A DNA stretch of 17,244 nucleotides from Candidatus Thorarchaeota archaeon (GTDB lineage Archaea; Asgardarchaeota; Thorarchaeia; Thorarchaeales; Thorarchaeaceae), in NCBI GenBank assembly GCA_046758445.1, contig JBHIAE010000057.1:1-17244 (forward strand), given 5' to 3'. The position numbers and the translations under genes were made by a program. Positions 1 to 7,903 of the stretch are shown here, one piece after another. How positions within the stretch are numbered: position 1 is the first letter of the stretch; each line of letters begins with the position of its first letter. The notes under the pieces were generated by a model, which was not told the DNA's origin, made no database searches, and worked only from the letters and a program-made list of their open reading frames with translations.

Positions 1-1
1 G

Positions 2-2434
2 CCAATCATCGGAGCTAATGTGACGCTTCTTCTCAATGGCACAAGACCACAGTCGTTGGTGTATAATGCAACTGACGAGAAGTGGCATCTCACGCTCCCG
101 GCTGCAGACATTGGACTGGGTACTTGGAACGTGACTATAACTGGCAATAAGACCGGATATGAACCAGGCAGTTCATGGCGGATGCTTGTTGTAGAGGAAG
201 ACATCCCGATATTGACCCCGTCATGGACATCGTTAGTTGTTGACTACATCACACTGGTCACCTGGAATATGGGAGTCGACACCTCAGACAGTGCACCTGT
301 GACTGATGCGACTGTCTGGTTCACAATGGCAGGAACCACCGAAATTGCGACTCATCTTGGCTCAGGCATATACTACATGGATGTAGGCCAGTACCTATCA
401 ATTGGACATTACTCAATAAATGTCACAGTAGCGAGATTGGCGATAAGAACTACCACGATATTCCTGACTCTGAATGTCACTCGTGCGTCATCTGCTGTCC
501 AATTGGATCACACAAACTCAACAATCTACTATGATGAATCTGTGTTACTGAATGTGTCCTACGTGATGCTGAACGGAAGCTACATTCCCGGAGCTGTCTG
601 TTCTCTCTTGGTCAATGACACTCCCCACCCAATAGTATGGTCCGGAAACCACTGGGAAGCTACGCTAGACGGGACGAATCTTGGGACGGGGCTTTACAGA
701 GTCGAGGTCAATGTAACTGCCTACGGGTTCGAATCGCTGGTTGACGAGTTCTATGTGCTGGTCGTGTCTATCCCCACGTATGTCGTAGTCACAGGGCAGT
801 TCTCAGACTATGTCAACGATACAATTGCGATTGATGTGTCCTATTTCGATGGTAGAACTTCGTCGCTCATCGATATTGGTGGCATCATAGTAGTTTGGCC
901 CAGCACCTATTCAACCGTGCCTCTAGGATTCGGGAGTGTCAGTCTTCGTCCAAATACAGGTCTTCACGTTGGGAATTACACGCTCAACTTCACTCTGACC
1001 AAGCCAGGGCATATTGATGCCAGCCAAGAGCTGACGATAGAACTGTTGCCGATTCCAACGGCTCTTGTTGTTGACGACTTCATCTCAGAATATACTAACG
1101 AAACCGTGGATGTGTCAGTCTATCTGAATGACACGCACAATAACCTCCCAATAGATTGGGCCAACGTGATCCTGAGTTTAGCAGGGACAGAATACCAGAT
1201 GGAGTACAGACCCGCAAGCCAGACCTATGGTGTTCAGATCCATTTGGGAGTTTCCATTCCGACAGGCAAGTACACAATCAGAGTCAATGCCACTGCGATT
1301 GACTGTGTCGATGCAGAAGCCTACTTGACCATCGATATACTCCCAAAGGCCAACTACGTTGTCGTTCTTGTTCTCAATACAGATCAAGTGACTGAAGGCG
1401 AAACTGTAGTGGCGACTGCCACGGTTACGGATGAAGGAACTGCTGTTTCTGGAGTAGCAGTGAGGTTTGTGTTCACTATCACACCCAATCAAGGATCGGT
1501 CTACAACGAAGAAAGAACTGATACAACTGGAGCTGACGGAACTGCAATAGTAAGTTTCCAAGTTCCTCAGGGGTCCTCCCAAGTTGAAGTGCGAGCGGAG
1601 GTAGATGTTTCAAGAACAGCGTGGGGAGCCCAGAGTGTTGCTTTGGTTGTCCAAGTGACTCAGGTACAGGGGAATCCACTGCTTGAGCTACTAGGAGACC
1701 CCATGTTCCAGCTGCTAGTCGTTGCTGGTGCTGTTCTAGGAATAGGTGGTGTGGCTGTCAGATCACGCAGGAGGAGACCTACGGCCAAGGTTGTTGACGT
1801 GGAATCTGTAATTGATGGGCTTCGGCGATTGGGCTCTTTGGAATTTGCCATGCTGTTTGATCCTCGTGCCGAAGGTCATATCCTTACACAGTCACTTGAA
1901 TGGATTCCAGAAGCATATCAGGTGAGGGCTATGGTGCTGCTTTCTAGCGAAGGAATTGAAGAAGCACTAGGGCTACCTGAAGAGGAAGAGATTTCGGTCA
2001 AAATCCATGGCATGGAGGCTTCAGTGTTCATGGGCAACCGAATGGTAGGAGTAGTCGTAGGTAAAGAGGGGGTAGAACCAGCGGCCAAGAACTCACTTCG
2101 TTCTCTTGTTGAAACCTTTGAAGCCCAGTATGAATTTGAGCTTCTTGACTGGCCCAAGACCGTCAATGTCTTTGAAACAGACTGGCGTATTGTTGGACCC
2201 GAAACTAGTGAAACGGATCGGATCAAGGCTTTTGTCTTTCTGAGTCCTGTCGGATATACTCGCGCAGAGATTGCAGACAAGCTGGTAATACCTGTCAAGA
2301 GAGTCCACAAGTTGGTCAAAGGGATCTTAGAGCTTGAATCGGAGTTTCTAGAGGCCAAATCTGGCAGAAAGAGGCTCATTGTCTACAAACCGGACGTTCT
2401 CGACGAAAAAAAGGAAGGTGACACCCGCAGTTAA
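2..2434 (+). CDS. Large cell-surface type-I membrane protein (5'-partial): Ig-like/beta-sandwich repeats, TM helix, cytoplasmic divergent longin-like domain and C-terminal winged helix
   Basis: The ORF track gives 20..2434, but the frame is open to the window edge (cca atc atc gga gct aat gtg = PIIGANV), so the gene starts upstream. It has T/V-rich repeats ending in G-x-Y-x-[IV]-x-[VI]...G[YFH] and ~17 N-x-S/T sequons before the TM. The TM MFQLLVVAGAVLGIGGVAV (~1703-1758) is followed by RSRRRR (positive-inside). The longin-type C-terminal helix is LRSLVETFEAQYEFELLDW, and the wHTH is YTRAEIADKLVIPVKRVHKLVKGILE. Confidence 0.85.
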   Translation, partial: PIIGANVTLLLNGTRPQSLVYNATDEKWHLTLPAADIGLGTWNVTITGNKTGYEPGSSWRMLVVEEDIPILTPSWTSLVVDYITLVTWNMGVDTSDSAPVTDATVWFTMAGTTEIATHLGSGIYYMDVGQYLSIGHYSINVTVARLAIRTTTIFLTLNVTRASSAVQLDHTNSTIYYDESVLLNVSYVMLNGSYIPGAVCSLLVNDTPHPIVWSGNHWEATLDGTNLGTGLYRVEVNVTAYGFESLVDEFYVLVVSIPTYVVVTGQFSDYVNDTIAIDVSYFDGRTSSLIDIGGIIVVWPSTYSTVPLGFGSVSLRPNTGLHVGNYTLNFTLTKPGHIDASQELTIELLPIPTALVVDDFISEYTNETVDVSVYLNDTHNNLPIDWANVILSLAGTEYQMEYRPASQTYGVQIHLGVSIPTGKYTIRVNATAIDCVDAEAYLTIDILPKANYVVVLVLNTDQVTEGETVVATATVTDEGTAVSGVAVRFVFTITPNQGSVYNEERTDTTGADGTAIVSFQVPQGSSQVEVRAEVDVSRTAWGAQSVALVVQVTQVQGNPLLELLGDPMFQLLVVAGAVLGIGGVAVRSRRRRPTAKVVDVESVIDGLRRLGSLEFAMLFDPRAEGHILTQSLEWIPEAYQVRAMVLLSSEGIEEALGLPEEEEISVKIHGMEASVFMGNRMVGVVVGKEGVEPAAKNSLRSLVETFEAQYEFELLDWPKTVNVFETDWRIVGPETSETDRIKAFVFLSPVGYTRAEIADKLVIPVKRVHKLVKGILELESEFLEAKSGRKRLIVYKPDVLDEKKEGDTRS

Positions 2435-2635
2435 TTGATATAGCCAAGATGTCGAGAGTTATGTCGATAGACCTGCATCTGTGAGTATGCCGGCAAAGGC
2501 GTTGAACTCAAGCAGACCAAGCAGAGGTATGAGTATCAAAGCTGGAGAACCCTCCTAACGCCTTCAGTATAGGCAAGAAAACATGATGCGGCGCAGATGT
2601 TGAGCCGTCACCTGCAGCGCGACTGAGGCAAGAAG

Positions 2636-5600
2636 ATGAGAAGAATCCTGGTAACAATGGCTGTCGCATTGATTGTCATCCTGTCCGCGGTTCCAGTGAC
2701 AGACATTTCTCGGCACCCTATGGTATCAACTGAACAAGGAGCAGCGTTCCCGGATGTATCTGCACAGATTGCATTGGCTGGCGGTACAGGTGACGATGCT
2801 CAAGCAGTCGCTTACTTGAGTAGACTAGTTGACGGTCAATTCGTATCAATTCTCAACTCTTACTTAGATACTGCAACACATAGCACATTGATTGACCTCT
2901 CGAGCTTTCAGGAGTCAGGTTGGACACTCTATCGGGCAGTTGTTGATGCAATTAACATCACGGCCGCACCTGAGAGAGAGGTTGTAGGTGATTATTCCGC
3001 CGCGACGTTCTCCAACTTCTACGCCATCTACGAATATGATATAGATCTCTACTATAATCAGTTGGCGCAAGGATTCTATAATATGTCCCATGACGGCCAG
3101 CTCCAGAACTTCAGCATTCTGTATGACTCTCCGAGCTATGATCCTGGCAACCAGAACTATGCATACCTTGAGGTTCGGGAGAACTATACTGATAGCTCTG
3201 CAAAACTCACAACGGGAGTTCAGGTTGCCGACGTAGGAACGACTGCAACATGGATGAGCGTTGCACAGTCAGCTAGTCTCTCAGCCAACAGGGTTCATTA
3301 TGTTGTCATCAATGGCAGCCTACTGCAAGAGTCTGCACTTGTTTATCCCACAATTCGTTGGCACTACGAATCTGGAAATGGTCCTTACAAAACGTGGAGA
3401 CATACGACTGATGGCAACAGTTGGGGCTCAGACCGTCCCTTCGAGGCCCTGGTAAACTACACGTATATTCCTTGGAACCAGACGTCAGGTTCAGCTCTGG
3501 AATACTCAGACAGCACTCACATTGACATGAGATTGAATGGGACTCAGACCAGCGGCTTCTCCTTTGCAGCAGCCCTGACCAATGGTATCACAGCGCTAAA
3601 GCTGAGTACAAACCAGTCAGCCGACATGCACTACAATCTCACACTCTGGTACAAGCAAGATGCGACATCCAGCACGAACTGGGATGTTCCCACATCAGGC
3701 GGAACCGTCTATTGGAACGCTACAACAATCACTACATATCCAGCGATGGCAGGCACTGTCAACAGATTCCTGAACGTCACGGTTCCTCTCGATTGGAAGG
3801 TCACCGGGCTCTATAACAGTAGCGGCCCCTCCAACCATACCGACTATACTAGATCAGGTAGAAACATCACCTGTGCAAGCATGTCAGATCAAACTTGGAC
3901 GTTGACCTTCGAGGGCTACAACTATGTCACGGACATCGACACCTTTGATTCGTCTGATGACTCGGTATTATTGAACAGATCCAGCTTCCTTGTTCTCATG
4001 GACATAAACTCAACAGTTCAAGACCAAAGCGCCACAGGTATCGACAACGGGAGCACTAATTTGACTATTGTTCATGAAGGATCAACTGTATACGCTCCCT
4101 CACTGGGTGGCGTTGCAGGTGGACAATCCCACTACCTTTGGAATGTAACCTCTGCCAATGATAATGGGACTTTCCTCATCCAGTTGTTTTGGACCAACGG
4201 TACCGAAGCTGGTTTCCTGACGAAGCAGATGACCGTATTCTACCCCACTACTCTGACATCAATCACACCAACTACGATTTACGCCAACACAGACAGTTTC
4301 TTTGGCGTCACAGTGCAGTTCGAACTCTGGAACTCTACGGGAATAGTCAGCCCCGACGCGGTACTAACCTACTCATACCGGAGCATAGTGAATGACTCCC
4401 TGAATGATATGGGGTCAGGCACTTGGAACATAACCGTCAACACTGGTGGGGAAGCAAGCGGCACCGACACTCTGACGGTATATGCCACTGGACCTGCAAT
4501 TCAGAACAAGTCAATCGACATCATTGTTACCCTGACTCATCAGACGAGTCTCGAGATTGATTGGCAGAATCCCACATTTGAGTGGACCGAGAGTGCCATC
4601 TTTAGAGTAAACTACACTCACGACAGAGATGGATCACTCATTGCGGATGCTGACCAGTTGGATGTTGTAGTGGATGGAAACCCCACATTCTTACATGGCT
4701 CGAACGGGACCTACTGGATAGAATTCAACAACACCTTCGACTTGGGATTTCACACTGTAGTTGTAAACATCAGCAAGTTAGGCTATGACCCGGCCTCCAA
4801 CAATACATTGTCATTCAGAATAGACCCCACGACTACCGACGGGTTGTCAGTCACATGGGACCCGCTCAATGTCACGATACACTATGACCAAGCTCTGAAT
4901 CTCACAGTCGATTATACCTATGGTAGTGGTATTGATGTCCCTGCTTCAGCCGTGGTTAACGTTACTATAGGCGGGAGGAGTTACGGTCTCACGTATACTG
5001 GATCAGATTGGATTGCTTCAATCCGTGGGTGGAGTCTAGACCCTGGGGTGTATGGTGCAAGCATAGAAGCATGGGCATATGGGTTTGTTGCGCAGACCAA
5101 TGTGACTGGCAGCATCACTGTGACCATTAGTCCCAATCCGTTGAGTGGAAGCACTTCTTGGACAAACGAAACGGTCCTCTATGGCTTAGCAAAGCTTCTG
5201 CAAGTTGATGTCACCTACTCGAACGGAACCTATACAACCGACGCGATTGTGAGTGCCACGGTGCTGGGAGCAACCTATAATGCCACCAGCTTTGGAAACG
5301 GAACCTATGAGATCTCGATTGGTCCTGTGATGGAAGTCAATGTTCATGATTTCAATCTGACCATCACAAGAACAGGATACATGGTAGAGTTGGTCGGATT
5401 ACGACTGAATGTTACGGCTGTTCCCAGTACAGTTACGGTAGGCCTTTCGTTCTCAATGTATTGGGACGACGTCCTGACATTCAACGTCACGTTTCACGAT
5501 GCTACAAACGGTACCCCCATTGTTCCAGATACTATCAACATAATTGGATGGCCCGGCCTGGATGCTGTTCTTCTTGGACTCAATAGCACACTGACGATAG

Positions 5601-7486
5601 ATAGCACGAATCTAAACGTTGGCAGTTACGAGATCAATATTACTGTACATAGAATCGGCTACCAAGACAATGTGACACAATTGACAATTGAGGTACTTCC
5701 TGTATCTATTAGCCTACAATTTCTAGACCTCTTTGAGGAGTATGAGAACGAAACAGTTTGGATATCTGCGACAGTCGAAGACGATTTCCACCTTTCTGCA
5801 GTTAACTGGGCGGGAGTAGTCCTCGAGTTTGAGGGATCCAACTACACCATGCCATTCAACTCCATAACCTCTACTTACAGGGTTGGACTATGGCTCAACT
5901 CATCGTATCTCCCTGGCAACTACACCTTCACTGTTTATGCTTCTGCCTCGAACTGTAACTCAACTCTCAAGGTCGGAAACCTGAGAGTGTTAGCCAAGGT
6001 TCACATCGTGTTGATGTTGGTTGACCTTGATACTGATATCATCGGCAACGTGATTCCGGTCACTGTCAACGCCTCTAGGGGAGGATCTCCAGTCGAAGGA
6101 TTGACAATCACTGTATATGCCAGGTTTAACGTTTCGGACGGGACTCCTCTGGTTGTTTCCAAAGTGGATGTTACTGACGCCAATGGAGTGGCTGAGGTAA
6201 ACATAGATGTGCCTGCCAGTGCGACTGGCGCCGAGGTCTGGGCTGAGTATGCAGGCTCTCGTCAAGAATGGCCTGCATCGACCAGAGTCGAATTCGTAAG
6301 CGTCACTCCTCAGAACATCCTTGGTATCCTACTCTTCCTAATGCAACAGCCACTTGTGATATTCCTGCTCGGTGTCGTTGTGGTAGCTGTGGGAACGAGA
6401 TCAGTCTGGAAGAGCAGACTACAACCCAGAAGATTCGCAGCTAGAACAGCCCTTGAGAAACAATTGGACTCATTCAAAGAACTCGAAACAGTACAGCACT
6501 TCATGGCTGTATACACAGACCGTGGGACCTGTGTCTTTTATCACCCGTTCAGAGACGCGAGAATCCAACCCGATTTGATTAGCGGTTTCATTGCAGCCAT
6601 TACAAGTGTCTATGGAGAGATCAAAGGCAATGGAGTTCAGGGCTCCCTTGAGGAGATTAACTACCAGGGCCTCCGACTGAACAGCTACAGTGGAAGATAC
6701 ATCATTGGTATCGTCATCGTTGAGCAGGAGATGAGTTCTCGTCTGAGAGACAGGCTTCAATTCTTCGTGGAGCTCTTTGAGGACCAGTACGATTCCGACC
6801 TCGATGGTTGGACGGGATTGGTTGATTGCTTTGACCCAGAGTGGGTCGTTTCAAACCTCAACACCGCCTTCACCTACAACTGGATGCTACCTCATCATGT
6901 GGACACCAAGGTAAAAGTGAAGGGTGCAGAGGCAAAAATCGTCAAGCTAATTCAGGCCAAGTATGATGATGACGAGTTCCTGATCAAGGACATCATAGCG
7001 GATGTAGCCAAGAAACTCAAGCGCACCGAGGCGGAGGCATTCGACACGATACTTCATCTCGAAGACATGGGTGCAATCTACCCGATTAGCACTCACACGG
7101 TCCTTCAAAGACAAGGTTTTGGTATTGCAGATGAGGAAGCTGAACTTGTCTACGAGATGCCCTTCGAACCGGAGCCTGAAATACCAGAACCAGCAGTCGA
7201 ACCCGAAGTCATGCCAGAGGTTCCTCCTGAGCCTGAACCTGTCACACCGGTAGTTGAAGAAGTACCCGAGCCAATAGTGGATGTCACGCCCCCGGTGGAA
7301 GAGGTAGAGATTGTCAAAGAGCCTGAGCCGGTCAAAGATGAGGCAGTGGAGTTCATATCGGAGGTCGAGTCGTTAATGGTGGCAGACAAGAAGAAGAAAG
7401 ATCTCACTGCAGAAGAGCTGTTCATCCGTGAAGTTGAGGAGTTCCTCTCCAAGCAAAAGAAGAAGAAAAAGAAAGGCTCTGACTAG
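2636..7486 (+). CDS. 1616-aa secreted/type-I membrane protein: signal peptide, glycosylated beta-sandwich repeats, TM, cytoplasmic longin-like domain, winged helix, Pro/Glu-rich linker and Lys-rich tail
   Basis: Signal peptide MRRILVTMAVALIVILSAVP and many N-x-S/T sequons in the ectodomain. Hydrophobic segment ILGILLFLMQQPLVIFLLGVVVVAVG (~6316-6393). The sequence HFMAVYTDRGTCVFY...IQPDLISGFIAAITSVYGEI...FVELFEDQYDSDLDGW matches the pattern of Asgard longin-like domains. A wHTH-like segment follows (FLIKDIIADVAKKLKRTEAEAFDTILHLEDMGAIYP). A weak GAGG lies upstream of the ATG. Confidence 0.9.
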   Translation: MRRILVTMAVALIVILSAVPVTDISRHPMVSTEQGAAFPDVSAQIALAGGTGDDAQAVAYLSRLVDGQFVSILNSYLDTATHSTLIDLSSFQESGWTLYRAVVDAINITAAPEREVVGDYSAATFSNFYAIYEYDIDLYYNQLAQGFYNMSHDGQLQNFSILYDSPSYDPGNQNYAYLEVRENYTDSSAKLTTGVQVADVGTTATWMSVAQSASLSANRVHYVVINGSLLQESALVYPTIRWHYESGNGPYKTWRHTTDGNSWGSDRPFEALVNYTYIPWNQTSGSALEYSDSTHIDMRLNGTQTSGFSFAAALTNGITALKLSTNQSADMHYNLTLWYKQDATSSTNWDVPTSGGTVYWNATTITTYPAMAGTVNRFLNVTVPLDWKVTGLYNSSGPSNHTDYTRSGRNITCASMSDQTWTLTFEGYNYVTDIDTFDSSDDSVLLNRSSFLVLMDINSTVQDQSATGIDNGSTNLTIVHEGSTVYAPSLGGVAGGQSHYLWNVTSANDNGTFLIQLFWTNGTEAGFLTKQMTVFYPTTLTSITPTTIYANTDSFFGVTVQFELWNSTGIVSPDAVLTYSYRSIVNDSLNDMGSGTWNITVNTGGEASGTDTLTVYATGPAIQNKSIDIIVTLTHQTSLEIDWQNPTFEWTESAIFRVNYTHDRDGSLIADADQLDVVVDGNPTFLHGSNGTYWIEFNNTFDLGFHTVVVNISKLGYDPASNNTLSFRIDPTTTDGLSVTWDPLNVTIHYDQALNLTVDYTYGSGIDVPASAVVNVTIGGRSYGLTYTGSDWIASIRGWSLDPGVYGASIEAWAYGFVAQTNVTGSITVTISPNPLSGSTSWTNETVLYGLAKLLQVDVTYSNGTYTTDAIVSATVLGATYNATSFGNGTYEISIGPVMEVNVHDFNLTITRTGYMVELVGLRLNVTAVPSTVTVGLSFSMYWDDVLTFNVTFHDATNGTPIVPDTINIIGWPGLDAVLLGLNSTLTIDSTNLNVGSYEINITVHRIGYQDNVTQLTIEVLPVSISLQFLDLFEEYENETVWISATVEDDFHLSAVNWAGVVLEFEGSNYTMPFNSITSTYRVGLWLNSSYLPGNYTFTVYASASNCNSTLKVGNLRVLAKVHIVLMLVDLDTDIIGNVIPVTVNASRGGSPVEGLTITVYARFNVSDGTPLVVSKVDVTDANGVAEVNIDVPASATGAEVWAEYAGSRQEWPASTRVEFVSVTPQNILGILLFLMQQPLVIFLLGVVVVAVGTRSVWKSRLQPRRFAARTALEKQLDSFKELETVQHFMAVYTDRGTCVFYHPFRDARIQPDLISGFIAAITSVYGEIKGNGVQGSLEEINYQGLRLNSYSGRYIIGIVIVEQEMSSRLRDRLQFFVELFEDQYDSDLDGWTGLVDCFDPEWVVSNLNTAFTYNWMLPHHVDTKVKVKGAEAKIVKLIQAKYDDDEFLIKDIIADVAKKLKRTEAEAFDTILHLEDMGAIYPISTHTVLQRQGFGIADEEAELVYEMPFEPEPEIPEPAVEPEVMPEVPPEPEPVTPVVEEVPEPIVDVTPPVEEVEIVKEPEPVKDEAVEFISEVESLMVADKKKKDLTAEELFIREVEEFLSKQKKKKKKGSD
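7158..7335 (+). repeat. Low-complexity Pro/Glu/Val-rich (EPEP / PVVEEV) coding repeat, a linker in the cytoplasmic tail of the 1616-aa protein
   Basis: Translation PFEPEPEIPEPAVEPEVMPEVPPEPEPVTPVVEEVPEPIVDVTPPVEEVEIVKEPEP; recurring gagcctga/gaacc units in the DNA. Confidence 0.7.
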
Positions 7487-7594
7487 GGTCGTCAGAACAT
7501 CCCTTATTTGAGGTGGATAGGACCTATCAACAGCACAAGAAACCGACGCTTGGAGAGCTCCGTATTGCCCTGGAACATTGACAACTATTTCATC

Positions 7595-7870
7595 ATGAAC
7601 AATCGTGTTCTCCAAGTAGAGATTAGCACTCCACTCATGGATCTTCTATACGCAGACATTGAGGATGTCAAGGACACTTGGGTAGAGATGCTGGGCCAGT
7701 TTGTCAACGAACATCCAGAATTTGAGATGTCATGGGAGATGCAACCAAAGGAAGACGACGCGCTAGTTCTCGTTCGGATTGCGAAGGCAGGAGAACTGGC
7801 AGAATTCAGTACAAAAGAGGCCAAAGACGCACTAGCTGCGGCCGATGCACTCTTCGACAAGTCGTCTTAG
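7595..7870 (+). CDS. Small acidic hypothetical protein (~77-91 aa)
   Basis: The ORF track gives 7508..7870 (TTG). ATG starts at 7595 or 7637 are more plausible. The composition is protein-like (DLLYADIEDVKDTWVEMLGQFV...EAKDALAAADALFD), and the ORF fills the gap before the convergent LarA-like gene. Confidence 0.65.
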   Translation: MNNRVLQVEISTPLMDLLYADIEDVKDTWVEMLGQFVNEHPEFEMSWEMQPKEDDALVLVRIAKAGELAEFSTKEAKDALAAADALFDKSS

Positions 7871-7903
7871 TATCATTCCTATTCTGCCAAGTGACACCTT
7901 CCA

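Noticed and set aside
1095-2379. Several minus-strand ORFs (60-153 aa) inside the first large gene
   Set aside because: Antisense shadows of a well-supported gene, with Ser/Thr-rich uninformative translations.
2435-2635. 200-bp spacer between the two receptor genes with a short direct repeat (atgtcgagag/atgtcgatag) and tiny ORFs
   Set aside because: The repeat is only two imperfect 10-mers, the ORFs are under 25 codons, and no tRNA-like or stable structure is recognisable.
7441-7480. A-rich tract (aagcaaaagaagaagaaaaagaaa) as a possible slippage or phase-variation site
   Set aside because: Explained by mixed AAG/AAA codons of the poly-Lys tail; the longest homopolymer is only 5 A.
5659-7860. 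Minus-strand ORFs within the 1616-aa gene and the small downstream gene (e.g. 7150..7452, 7585..7860)
   Set aside because: Antisense mirrors of the real coding frames; the S/G/T-rich text simply reflects the PE-rich codons.
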